Under the pieces are notes generated by a model, which worked only from the letters and a program-made list of their open reading frames with translations, searched no databases and was not told the DNA's origin. 41,166 nucleotides of DNA, taken from the IMG/VR virus record IMGVR_UViG_3300048574_000468, positions 1 through 41,166 of that record, one strand, 5' to 3'. The DNA comes from a virus (lineage: Duplodnaviria > Caudoviricetes). Made by a program: the position numbers and the translations under genes. Below, in pieces: positions 16,416 through 24,762 of the stretch (within the stretch, counting starts at the first letter, position 1; each line of letters opens with the position of its first letter).

Positions 16416-17423
16416 CTACGCCGACGTCATCTTCCTCCCACAACTCGCCGACATTCCTTTCAGCAATCGGTCCACCATGTCCAGCCGTCGGCCGATCCAA
16501 CGAACAACAGGAACGGCCATGGTGTTGCCCAACGCCTGATACCGCAATGTGTCATTGGCTGGCCTGCCATGAAATTGCACCAGCGTGTAATCATCTGGAA
16601 AACCTTGGAGACGTTCACACTCTCGCGGCGTGAACCTGCGAACAATGAAACGGCCATTGCTTCGATCCTCAATGACAACGCACGGCCGCGAGTCGGAGGT
16701 TGCGCCGGCATTGCTGCCGGCCAGGGCCGGCACTACCGACGATGGCAAGCCACGGCCGCATCGTCCGATGCGGGGTTCGAACGTGTATGCAAAACACTGC
16801 GAAGCGCCGTCCGCAGGAGTTTCGGCAGTCTTCGGTCGTGTGCCTTGGCCTGATCCAGGATCGTCGCACAGGCACGCGGCGTCAAAAAGTACCGCTGCGG
16901 CAGGTCGCCAGTCTCCAAAATCGCCGTCAATGGAACGATATCCAACCAAGAAGAGCCTTCGGCGGCGTTGAGGGATACCGAAGTATTGACTGTCGATGAC
17001 ACGGTACGCCCACCCATACCTGCATTCCTCCACCTGCCCGAGGAAGGCGCCAAAGTCCCATCCGTTCGCTGAAGACAACAAACCGGAGACATTTTCAAAG
17101 ACGAACCACGTTGGCCGAATCGTTCGCACAACATCCAGGGCGACGATGGCCAGATTGCCACGAGGGTCATCCATTCCTCGTCGCTTCCCTGCCAGCGAGA
17201 ACGATTGGCAGGGGCTTCCGAAGACCAAAAGGTCAACTGGTTCCGTCCGAGCGATTTCATGCCAATCCACCTTCGTGACGTCTCCCAGGTTTCGCGTTCT
17301 CGGATGCCGGGCTGCCAAAACAGAGCTGGTAAATGGATTGACCTCCGCACACCATCGCCAATCGACCCACGGAATGGCCTGTTCCGGTGCTCCGATTCCA
17401 CTGAATAGCGTGCCGCCTCGCAT
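16416..17423 (-). CDS. DNA (cytosine-5) methyltransferase
   Basis: Motif I LFSGIG, IV GSPCQSFS, VI ENV, VIII QRRRR, IX-X RRFTPRECERLQGFP...YQALGN; GGAGG RBS. Confidence 0.93.
   Translation of the reverse strand: MRGGTLFSGIGAPEQAIPWVDWRWCAEVNPFTSSVLAARHPRTRNLGDVTKVDWHEIARTEPVDLLVFGSPCQSFSLAGKRRGMDDPRGNLAIVALDVVRTIRPTWFVFENVSGLLSSANGWDFGAFLGQVEECRYGWAYRVIDSQYFGIPQRRRRLFLVGYRSIDGDFGDWRPAAAVLFDAACLCDDPGSGQGTRPKTAETPADGASQCFAYTFEPRIGRCGRGLPSSVVPALAGSNAGATSDSRPCVVIEDRSNGRFIVRRFTPRECERLQGFPDDYTLVQFHGRPANDTLRYQALGNTMAVPVVRWIGRRLDMVDRLLKGMSASCGRKMTSA
16733..17170 (-). CDS. Nested alternative-frame polypeptide resembling the M.EcoHK31I beta subunit
   Basis: Same strand, different frame, inside the MTase gene; ATG at 17170 preceded by GAGGA; LKMSP...SSGRWRNAGM...LTAILETGDLPQRYFLTPRAC. 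Confidence 0.55.
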   Translation of the reverse strand: MTLVAIWPSSPWMLCERFGQRGSSLKMSPVCCLQRTDGTLAPSSGRWRNAGMGGRTVSSTVNTSVSLNAAEGSSWLDIVPLTAILETGDLPQRYFLTPRACATILDQAKAHDRRLPKLLRTALRSVLHTRSNPASDDAAVACHRR

Positions 17424-17536
17424 GCTCAACCTCCATCGACATAGCGAGCTTCCCGAATTGCTGGAGCCTGATCGTTGTGGACGCTGGCATGGTGGTAAAA
17501 CGGACCATTCATCGCCGATTCGCAAGTAAAGCCGAC

Positions 17537-17564
17537 TTGACTAGTGCGAAATACTAGGTAAGAT
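17537..17564 (+). promoter_or_regulatory. Sigma70-like promoter of the fic gene
   Basis: TTGACT-N16-TAAGAT with an overlapping CTAGT...ACTAG inverted repeat; AAGGAGG RBS downstream. Confidence 0.55.
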
Positions 17565-17608
17565 TGCTTTACCAGGCGTTTATCCTGGAAAAGGAGGCTT
17601 GACCGCCC

Positions 17609-18778
17609 ATGGCACGCACGACAGGCACTTATTGCACAACAACCGTATCCGGCGAAAAGGTTCTCGCCTTTCTGCCGCTTCCCCTGCCGCCCAAACGTCC
17701 GCCCCTGCAGATCGATGGGCAGCTTGCGGAATTGCACGCCGCGGCGATGACTGCAATCGGACGACTTGCCGCAGCAGCAGCGGTGGTGCCTAGCGATGAG
17801 TGGTTCTTGTATGGATTCGTTCGCAAGGAGGCGGTGATCACCTCGCAGATCGAGGGGACGCAGGCGACGCTGGAAGATGTTGCTGCCTACGAAGCTACTC
17901 AGCAATCGGACCGTCTTGTGGACGTTCAGGAGATATGCAACTACGTCGACGCATTGTCCTGGGCTCGTGCGGAGATTCGACGTGACGGCGGCCTGCCGTT
18001 GTGTACTCGGTTGTTGTGCCAGGCACACGAGCGTCTGATGCAAGGTGTTCGTGGGGCCGACAAACGGCCTGGGACGATCCGCGCCTCGCAAAACTGGATT
18101 GGCGGCAGTCGGCCCGGAACCGCTCGCTTCGTACCGCCTCCGGCCGATGCCGTGCCGGAATTGCTGGCGAAGCTGGAACATTGGATTCACGCAAAGGATC
18201 CACTGCCGCCGCTGGTTCGCGCGGGATTGGCGCATGTGCAATTTGAAACAATTCACCCTTTTCTCGATGGCAACGGCCGTATTGGTCGTCTGCTGATTGC
18301 TCTGCTTGTCGAACACTGGGGGCTGCTCAACTCGCCGCTGCTGTACGTCAGCGTTCCCTTCAAGCGGCACCGGCAGGAGTATTACCGACACTTGATGGAG
18401 ATACGGACCGATGGAAACTGGGAAGGATGGACGGCCTTTTTTCTCCGTTGTGTGCAAGAAGCGGCCGAAGATGGCGTGAATGCGGTCGGGCGATTGTGCC
18501 GTTTGCTGGAGGAAGATCGCAACCGCCTGCTGCATCACCAATCTGCGACGCTTCCCGCGATTCGATTGCTCGATTTGCTGCGTCAGCATCCCATGGTCAC
18601 ACTGGCCAGCGCGATCGCGATGTTGAAAACGACAAAGCCGACTGCCGCCAAGGCCATTGACGTTCTGCGCCAAGTCGAGATCTTGCGTGAGACGACGGGC
18701 AAGCGACGGGACCGGATCTATGTCTATCGGGCCTATTTGAATGTCCTGGCCGAGGATACCCACATAGAACGGGAGTAG
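17609..18778 (+). CDS. Fic family protein with C-terminal winged HTH
   Basis: Canonical HPFLDGNGRIGR; TSQIEG inhibitory-helix-like motif; C-terminal ETTGKRRDRIY. Confidence 0.92.
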   Translation: MARTTGTYCTTTVSGEKVLAFLPLPLPPKRPPLQIDGQLAELHAAAMTAIGRLAAAAAVVPSDEWFLYGFVRKEAVITSQIEGTQATLEDVAAYEATQQSDRLVDVQEICNYVDALSWARAEIRRDGGLPLCTRLLCQAHERLMQGVRGADKRPGTIRASQNWIGGSRPGTARFVPPPADAVPELLAKLEHWIHAKDPLPPLVRAGLAHVQFETIHPFLDGNGRIGRLLIALLVEHWGLLNSPLLYVSVPFKRHRQEYYRHLMEIRTDGNWEGWTAFFLRCVQEAAEDGVNAVGRLCRLLEEDRNRLLHHQSATLPAIRLLDLLRQHPMVTLASAIAMLKTTKPTAAKAIDVLRQVEILRETTGKRRDRIYVYRAYLNVLAEDTHIERE

Positions 18779-18911
18779 GATCACGACGATGGCTTCCATT
18801 GGCAGTCCCTTGTTGTATCATGCGCCTAGGCGATTTGGTTGACGAACACGCACGCCATTTGAGCCACGCGGTTGAAACGCACCCATTTCGTCCCAAGACT
18901 CGGAGGAGACG

Positions 18912-19121
18912 ATGTCATTGTCGTTGGAGATGGTTTGGGAGGCCGCCCAAAGCTTGCCGGAAGCCGAGCGGCTTGCCCTGGCAACTCGCTTGTTGGAAAC
19001 GCTTCCAGAGGACGGTATTGCGATTTCCGTAGATGACGATTTGTTCGTTCAGGAGTTGAATCGTCGGTTCGCCGACTCCAAAGACGATGTGCCGTGGTCC
19101 CAGTTGCGAAACGAGCAGTGA
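18912..19121 (+). CDS. Addiction-module antitoxin-like protein (TIGR02574-type), no adjacent toxin
   Basis: GGAGG RBS; LPEAERLALATRLLETL...ELNRR...VPWSQL. Confidence 0.75.
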   Translation: MSLSLEMVWEAAQSLPEAERLALATRLLETLPEDGIAISVDDDLFVQELNRRFADSKDDVPWSQLRNEQ

Positions 19122-19158
19122 TGTCTTCTGGTGATTGTTTCGTCCTAGAAATGGTCTC

Positions 19159-19198
19159 TTGCCTTTCCGTGCGCCATGGTATATACTTTGTGTATACC
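19159..19198 (+). promoter_or_regulatory. TA promoter with palindromic operator
   Basis: TTGCCT-N17-TATACT; GGTATA-N9-TATACC palindrome (19178-19198) over the -10 box. Confidence 0.7.
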
Positions 19199-19215
19199 GC
19201 CAACAGGAGAACAAC

Positions 19216-19443
19216 ATGACCAAAACGCTCATCAAACACGGCAATAGTTTGGCCCTGGTAATCGACAAACCGATCCTGGAAATGCTGGACATCTCGGCGG
19301 ACACCCCGCTTGAGGTAACCACCAACGGCGATTCGCTGCTGGTGTCGCCGGTTCGGGACAAGACACGACAAAAGAAAATCCGCGATTCGTTGAAGAAGAT
19401 CAATCAAAAGTTCGGCAACGACCTGAAACGCTTGGCGGAGTAG
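19216..19443 (+). CDS. AbrB/MazE-fold antitoxin
   Basis: MTKTLIKHGNSLALVIDKPILEML; directly upstream of doc. Confidence 0.88.
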   Translation: MTKTLIKHGNSLALVIDKPILEMLDISADTPLEVTTNGDSLLVSPVRDKTRQKKIRDSLKKINQKFGNDLKRLAE

Positions 19444-19446
19444 GCG

Positions 19447-19830
19447 ATGACGACCGATTTCCTCAGCCTGGAAGACATCCTGGACCTGCACGCCGATCAA
19501 GTTGATCTGTACGGTGGCGAACATGGAGTTCGTGACCTGGGACTGCTCGAATCGGCGATTGCACAACCACAGGCGACATTCGGCCAGAAGTTCCTGCACA
19601 TAGACGTTTTCGAGATGGCGGCTGCGTACTTGTTCCACATCGTTCAAAATCATCCGTTTCTCGACGGCAACAAGCGGACGGGCACTGTGGCTGCACTGGT
19701 TTTTCTCGATCTCAATGGAGTTGAGATCGAGGCGCCCAAGGGCAGTCTTTATGACCTGACCATTTCCGTGGCAACCGGACAGGCCGACAAGATGCAAATC
19801 GCCGAATATTTCCGATCGCACGTTCATTGA
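19447..19830 (+). CDS. doc: Death-on-curing (Doc) toxin
   Basis: GVRDLGLLESA and HPFLDGNKRTG (Doc-type Lys variant of the Fic motif); 127 aa. Confidence 0.9.
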   Translation: MTTDFLSLEDILDLHADQVDLYGGEHGVRDLGLLESAIAQPQATFGQKFLHIDVFEMAAAYLFHIVQNHPFLDGNKRTGTVAALVFLDLNGVEIEAPKGSLYDLTISVATGQADKMQIAEYFRSHVH

Positions 19831-21146
19831 GTGTTCTCATTCGAGGTATTTCGTTCAGCCTTCTTGCCGGTAAACGTTTCGAACCTTTGGACAATGACAT
19901 CGCAATAGAGCGGATCGATTTCCATCAGGTAGGCGTTGCGGCCGGTTTGCTCGGCGGCAATGAGCGTGCTGCCGCTGCCGCCGAAAAGGTCCAACACGTT
20001 CTCACCGGTTCGTGAAGAGTATTGGATCGATCGGACGGCAAGTTCGACGGGTTTTTCCGTCAAATGAATCATCTTCTGCGGGCTGACCTTCTTGACATGC
20101 CAAAGGTCGGAAACATTGTTTGGGCCAAAGAACTGATGCGCCGCCCCCTCACGCCATCCGTAAAAACTCCATTCGTGCGCCCCAAGAAAATCTTTCCTGC
20201 CCAAGACAGGATGTTCCTTATCCCAGATAATCGCCTGTGAAAAATACAAATGGCAGGCTTTCAAGACAGGTGGATAGTTGCCGCAGTTACTGTATCCGCC
20301 CCAGATATAGAACGCACGTCCCGGCTCCAACACGCGCGAAATGTTCCCAAACCAGGCGTAAAGCAATCGGTCGAACTCCTCGTCGCTCATGAAATCGTTT
20401 TCTAGGGGTCGGTCTTTGGCACGCAATTTCGTGTCGGTGGGCTTCGATTTCTCGGGGTGACGTGCCAAGTCCAATTGTTGGTGATGGAAAGACGCGTAGG
20501 TGCTGTTGCCGGCGGCGATGGCGTTGTTGCTCCTCGGTTCCACCCGAACATTGTAGGGCGGATCCGTGTTGACTAATTGAATCGTCGCGCCGGCCAAGAG
20601 CCGATCGACATCCTCCGGCTTGCTACTGTCGCCGCAAAGCAAGCGATGGTTGCCGAGAACCCACAGGTCGCCCGGCCTCGTTGTCGCTTCATCCGGCGGC
20701 TCGGGGACATCATCGGGATCGGTCAGACCATCGCGCACCGGATTGTCGAGTAGCTCCGCCCAATCATTCTTCAAATCTCCGAGCAACTCAAGATTGAAGT
20801 CCATGCTTTGGAGTTCTGATAACTCGATCGGCAGTAACTCGTAGTTCCAAGTGGCAATATCTGCCAAACGATTGTCGGCCAGACGATACGCCTTGATTTG
20901 GGCGGGCGTCAGATCGTTGACCACATGGACCGGTACCTCGGCGAGTCCGAGTTGTTGAGCCGCTTTGTAACGGGTGTGGCCGCAAACAATGACGCCGTCC
21001 GCGTCAATGACGATCGGTTGCCGAAACCCAAACGCTTGGATTGCCTTGGCTAGCGGCCCGACCGCCGAATCGTTGTTTCTTGGGTTACGATCGTATGGTT
21101 TGAGCCGATCGAGAGGCCACATTTCAGTCTGCATATCTGCATCCAT
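19824..21146 (-). CDS. ParB-N domain / N6A-N4C DNA methyltransferase fusion
   Basis: N-terminal LKPYDRNPR...GFRQPIVID...GHTR; HRLLCGDS, DPPY, HLTEKP and LDLFGGSGST (beta-class order). Confidence 0.92.
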   Translation of the reverse strand: MDADMQTEMWPLDRLKPYDRNPRNNDSAVGPLAKAIQAFGFRQPIVIDADGVIVCGHTRYKAAQQLGLAEVPVHVVNDLTPAQIKAYRLADNRLADIATWNYELLPIELSELQSMDFNLELLGDLKNDWAELLDNPVRDGLTDPDDVPEPPDEATTRPGDLWVLGNHRLLCGDSSKPEDVDRLLAGATIQLVNTDPPYNVRVEPRSNNAIAAGNSTYASFHHQQLDLARHPEKSKPTDTKLRAKDRPLENDFMSDEEFDRLLYAWFGNISRVLEPGRAFYIWGGYSNCGNYPPVLKACHLYFSQAIIWDKEHPVLGRKDFLGAHEWSFYGWREGAAHQFFGPNNVSDLWHVKKVSPQKMIHLTEKPVELAVRSIQYSSRTGENVLDLFGGSGSTLIAAEQTGRNAYLMEIDPLYCDVIVQRFETFTGKKAERNTSNENTQ

Positions 21147-21155
21147 TCAGAAAAT

Positions 21156-21193
21156 GACGAACCGGGCAGAGCAAGCACTCCGCCCGATCCGTC
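21156..21193 (-). terminator. Hairpin / probable intrinsic terminator after the putative lysis cassette
   Basis: 16-bp stem (three G-U pairs on the minus strand) with a 6-nt loop, followed by ATTTTCT. Confidence 0.55.
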
Positions 21194-21232
21194 CCTGGCC
21201 TTGCCTTGTGTCATGCGGTCGTGTCTTGGAAA

Positions 21233-21454
21233 TCACAGCCGAGGCGGGGACTTGGTCTCCATGTCATGCACCTGCACCGTGAGAACATCCAAATGTTTCT
21301 CGCAGTATTCCATGCGGGCGTCGATTTTGGCCGCCCACCAAATCAACGCCGTCGACTGGCCGACGAGCGCCGTGGTGAGCGAAACCGCCACCCCGAGCAG
21401 ATATTTTCGGAGTCCATTCAAGTGGAACTCGTAGCCTCTTCGCTGCGGCGCCAT
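21233..21454 (-). CDS. Small single-pass membrane protein with coiled-coil tail (holin/spanin-like)
   Basis: 73 aa; hydrophobic YLLGVAVSLTTALVGQSTALIWWAA followed by a heptad-like segment; GGAAGGA RBS. Confidence 0.55.
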   Translation of the reverse strand: MAPQRRGYEFHLNGLRKYLLGVAVSLTTALVGQSTALIWWAAKIDARMEYCEKHLDVLTVQVHDMETKSPPRL

Positions 21455-21473
21455 CGCATGTGATCCTTCCGGG

Positions 21474-21884
21474 TTAGGTTGTTGCGGCTGTCGATGCCGT
21501 CGTCGATGTGGTTGTGGTGGCTGTCGTCGCGGCCGCAAGGATCTTTTGCAACTCGGCCGCTTTGGTCGGATCGTTTTGAGCATAATAGGCAGCCACTTTC
21601 TTGGCGACCTCGCCCAACTTGCTGACCATGGCCGTGTCGCTCCGAACGGTTTTGACAACCTCCTCAACTTTGACCACCAAGCCGGAGTAGTCGCCGACGC
21701 CGTACAACTCGAAGAGGTCTGCGAACCAATCGAGGCCCCATTGGTTCATGAGTTTCATCAAGTCAATGGCGTGTTTGCGGCGTTTTTCCCGGCGATTGTA
21801 AATCCACAGACCGGCCAACGTCGCGGCCAAGGCAATGCCGGCCAAGATCGCATACTGCCAAGCTATCGGTACACCGTGAAACAT
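21474..21884 (-). CDS. N-terminally anchored membrane protein
   Basis: AAGGAG RBS; TM AILAGIALAATLAGLWIY followed by RREKRRK; Thr/Ala low-complexity tail. Confidence 0.7.
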   Translation of the reverse strand: MFHGVPIAWQYAILAGIALAATLAGLWIYNRREKRRKHAIDLMKLMNQWGLDWFADLFELYGVGDYSGLVVKVEEVVKTVRSDTAMVSKLGEVAKKVAAYYAQNDPTKAAELQKILAAATTATTTTSTTASTAATT

Positions 21885-21900
21885 GGAAAGGCTCCTTGTG

Positions 21901-21988
21901 AAGGTTCAAGGTCAAAGGTTCAAAGCACAAGGTCAAGGTCGATGTTCTTGTATCCTTGAACATTGGACCTTGAATCTTGTGCTTTCAT
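21901..21988. repeat. Inverted pair of heptamer arrays (AAGGTTC-like / CCTTGAA-like)
   Basis: aaggttc aaggtca aaggttc aaagcac aaggtc aaggtc ... ccttgaa cattgga ccttgaa tcttgtg ctttcat. Confidence 0.8.
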
Positions 21989-21993
21989 TTTCC

Positions 21994-23337
21994 TTACTTT
22001 TGTGTGACGAAATACACAACAAAACCAGCGGCGACGGCCCCAAGAATGCAAAGCCCGGCCACCAAGGGCGACGCCTCTTCGTCCTTCTCCGCCTTGGCCT
22101 TCTCGGTCGTCGCCTGTTGTTCCGCCTGACGCTGTTCAACGAGCGAACCGACTTTTGCGTCAATGGCGCCGAGCGACTTTCGCACCTCCGGGTCCGGTTG
22201 AACCACCACCTGTGGCGATTGCGGCTTTCGACAAGTGACCCGAGTAAGCGACTCGTCAGTGGCCACATCGTTTGGCATCGCAGGCATGGGAACCAGGGGT
22301 TGCACGTAGGTCGATGGACCATTGCGTGGCGGCGTTGGTTTGCGTTCAAGAATGTTGAGCAGCACGAACGCCTTCTGCTCAATTCGCACAGCCACCGCTT
22401 CATCGAGCAATTGGTGAATGCGTCCCGCCTGAACGCCAATGACGTGTTGGCCATCGGTGCCCCAAAGCACTCCGACCACGTGGCTCTGTTCATTGAAGAT
22501 CGGGCCGCCGGAATCACCTGGCCTCGCGTGTCCCGACATCTCCATCCAATCGTCCGGCCCGTTTTTGGTTTGCGTCGATCTTTTATAGCCCAGAAACAAG
22601 CCGGAATTGCAGGCAAGCTTTCCGTCGGGGCCATAGCCGCAAGACTCTAAACGATTGCCCTCCTTTTGCATGGCCACCTCACCGACTTCCACCTCGGCCG
22701 GCACAACGTCTTGCGGTTGGCCGACCAACTCCAAGACGGCGCAGTCCCAAACGGCGTCCACCGTCAACACGCGGGCGTAATGCGTCCGCTTCGTTGACAG
22801 TTCGACGATAATCTTTTTTGCATCTTGAACGACGTGTCGGGCCGTCAACACAACGGTGCGAATCCCCCAGTGGACGAGTACGCCCGATCCGATCGAGCGG
22901 GTTCGGGCATCATCCTGACAATAGATGCGAACTGTCGCCGCTCGATAACCAACCGGTTGTTGATAACGCCAAGCCGGATGCGGCTGGTTCGCATTGCCGC
23001 TTGCTTCAACACGAACCGGCCGTCGTCGCAACTTCACCTTCAACCGCTCGACCGTGGTGTGACCAACGATGCGATCCACCTCCGTGCCCCGTTCGACAAC
23101 CACAAAACACGGAATGGCGGTTACGCCGAACTGAACGGCCAAGTCTCGATCTTGATCGACATTGACCCGTTGAACCGCATAGCCGTCACGGGCCAGCGTA
23201 TCGACCGTCGAAGCCATTGCCTGGCAAGGCACACACCAATCGGCATAAAAATCCAAAAGCGTCGTTTCGGCACGAGCCGCCTCGCCAGCCCACAACAGAA
23301 TGGGCAAAATCATCCATCCAAATCTTGTGAATCGCAT
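21994..23337 (-). CDS. Exported thioredoxin - trypsin-like serine protease fusion with C-terminal membrane anchor
   Basis: Signal peptide MRFTRFGWMILPILLWAGEAARA; DFYADWCVPC thioredoxin; triad LTARH / WDCAVL / GDSGGP; Pro-rich and helical stalk; C-terminal TM; GGAGG RBS. Confidence 0.88.
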   Translation of the reverse strand: MRFTRFGWMILPILLWAGEAARAETTLLDFYADWCVPCQAMASTVDTLARDGYAVQRVNVDQDRDLAVQFGVTAIPCFVVVERGTEVDRIVGHTTVERLKVKLRRRPVRVEASGNANQPHPAWRYQQPVGYRAATVRIYCQDDARTRSIGSGVLVHWGIRTVVLTARHVVQDAKKIIVELSTKRTHYARVLTVDAVWDCAVLELVGQPQDVVPAEVEVGEVAMQKEGNRLESCGYGPDGKLACNSGLFLGYKRSTQTKNGPDDWMEMSGHARPGDSGGPIFNEQSHVVGVLWGTDGQHVIGVQAGRIHQLLDEAVAVRIEQKAFVLLNILERKPTPPRNGPSTYVQPLVPMPAMPNDVATDESLTRVTCRKPQSPQVVVQPDPEVRKSLGAIDAKVGSLVEQRQAEQQATTEKAKAEKDEEASPLVAGLCILGAVAAGFVVYFVTQK

Positions 23338-23924
23338 GACTCCTCCTTCTTCGGATCGGGTGAAAGGGTGAAACGATACGCCACGGCCGCCGATCGGGCG
23401 AGATCGGCCGGCTCGGTCCCCGCATCGGCAAGATGCGGAACCGGATCGATGCCACCGGCACGCAATGCTCGCGAGACGGCGTCGGAGCAAAACGGCAGCG
23501 TGCCGTTGGCTCGATCATTGTCCAGTGGAATCGTGAACATCCGCAGGACCGGCAAATGAACCATGGCCGCTCGCAAGAGATTCGACCATCCATACCGCTT
23601 GCCGGTGATCTCGATCATCGCCCTGACCGCTGCGCTGGGGTCAAAACGACGGCGGGTGGCCTTGATGCGGTAGACATCGATCAAGTTTGGGCTCTCGGCC
23701 ACCGCCGTCGAAAGCATCACCGCGCGGCCGCCATGTGTCTGCACCGTCTCCAAACACATCAGCCGCTCATTCCACCACGCGGCCATGGCCGCATGGCAAT
23801 ATTCGGACCGACCGGCTGCCGCGATCAGCCTACTGGTCAGTCGATTTTCACGGCGAAACAGAAGCAGATCGCCGTCGCGGATTTTCTTGCGTGCAATGCT
23901 GTAGGGAATTGAATTGGTTTCCAT
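23310..23924 (-). CDS. Permuted papain-like amidase (YaeF/YiiX, C92; NlpC/P60 superfamily)
   Basis: RDGDLLLFR, YCHAAM (His), GKRYG, FCSDAV (Cys after His), PADLA. Confidence 0.82.
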   Translation of the reverse strand: METNSIPYSIARKKIRDGDLLLFRRENRLTSRLIAAAGRSEYCHAAMAAWWNERLMCLETVQTHGGRAVMLSTAVAESPNLIDVYRIKATRRRFDPSAAVRAMIEITGKRYGWSNLLRAAMVHLPVLRMFTIPLDNDRANGTLPFCSDAVSRALRAGGIDPVPHLADAGTEPADLARSAAVAYRFTLSPDPKKEESCDSQDLDG

Positions 23925-23980
23925 GATGGTTTCAGGAAACCACAGAACATCAACCACCGGAAGACGAAGTTTTTTTGGGG

Positions 23981-24448
23981 CTACGAAACGACTGCACGAC
24001 ATGCTCGGCAGGGTGTGATTGAAATCATGGCCCCACAGTGTGCGCAGCGGATCGGGTTCTCCAAGAACCGTTCGCCCAGATCCTTGAAAATGATGGGACG
24101 GCCCTTTGTGATGGGCGTGCGTCTGCCCATGGCGACATCTTCAACAATGTTCAACGAAACGCCTGCCTCGCGTGCGATTTGCCGGCAGGTCAATTGTTTC
24201 ATCTGGAGCATTCTCGCGATCATGCGAATGGTAGCCGTATCGACGCCGTCGGAGTGATTAGGGGCCCGTCCGTCGTACAGATCTGGTGGTTGTGGACGGC
24301 CCTTGCCAAGCTCGTCCTCATCGACAACACCCACGACGTACTCGGTGATCCAGAGCCGGGCGGCAATGGTTGTATGATCCAGCCCTTGTGTCAAGAGCCG
24401 GTCCACACCCATGATGACGGCCGCCGTAATCTGCCTACGATCTTGCAT
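23981..24448 (-). CDS. Double-HTH / Zn-ribbon DNA-binding protein
   Basis: HTTIAARLWITEYVV and RQIAREAGVSLNIV HTHs; RCAHCG...PCRAC; GGAGG RBS. Confidence 0.7.
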   Translation of the reverse strand: MQDRRQITAAVIMGVDRLLTQGLDHTTIAARLWITEYVVGVVDEDELGKGRPQPPDLYDGRAPNHSDGVDTATIRMIARMLQMKQLTCRQIAREAGVSLNIVEDVAMGRRTPITKGRPIIFKDLGERFLENPIRCAHCGAMISITPCRACRAVVS

Positions 24449-24699
24449 GACTGGTCCCTCCTGGACAATGCTCCGTTGCATGCGGCGCCTTGTGGCCGCA
24501 TCGTTACCAATCGAGTTCGCTTTCTTGAGAATGCCGCATGGCCCAAGTCTCTTTCCAACATGCCTGGACCGCTTCTGGGGCGACGATTCCGAACGCCAAC
24601 TGGTCCTCGCGGCGAGGTTTCATTCTGTGACATCCCGCAATTCGCAAATCGTTTCTGGTATTGGAGTTAGAAATTTGCGACAACGCGCAATCAACTGTG

Positions 24700-24762
24700 C
24701 TTATACCGGGTCCTGTTCCCGCCGACCATTAAAAGAATATCAGTTTTCCGAAGTACCTATGG
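24700..24762 (-). other. Candidate cos / packaging initiation site
   Basis: Minus strand AGGTACTTCGG...AATGGTCGGCGGGAACAGG at the end of the HNH gene, resembling the lambda cosQ-cosN arrangement. Confidence 0.35.

Noticed and set aside
17426-19827. Long minus-strand ORFs of 457 and 333 aa
   Set aside because: Antisense to the fic, antitoxin and doc genes; no motifs.
16416-21146. Complete restriction-modification system
   Set aside because: No cognate restriction endonuclease nearby; orphan methylases near terminase genes are common in temperate phages.
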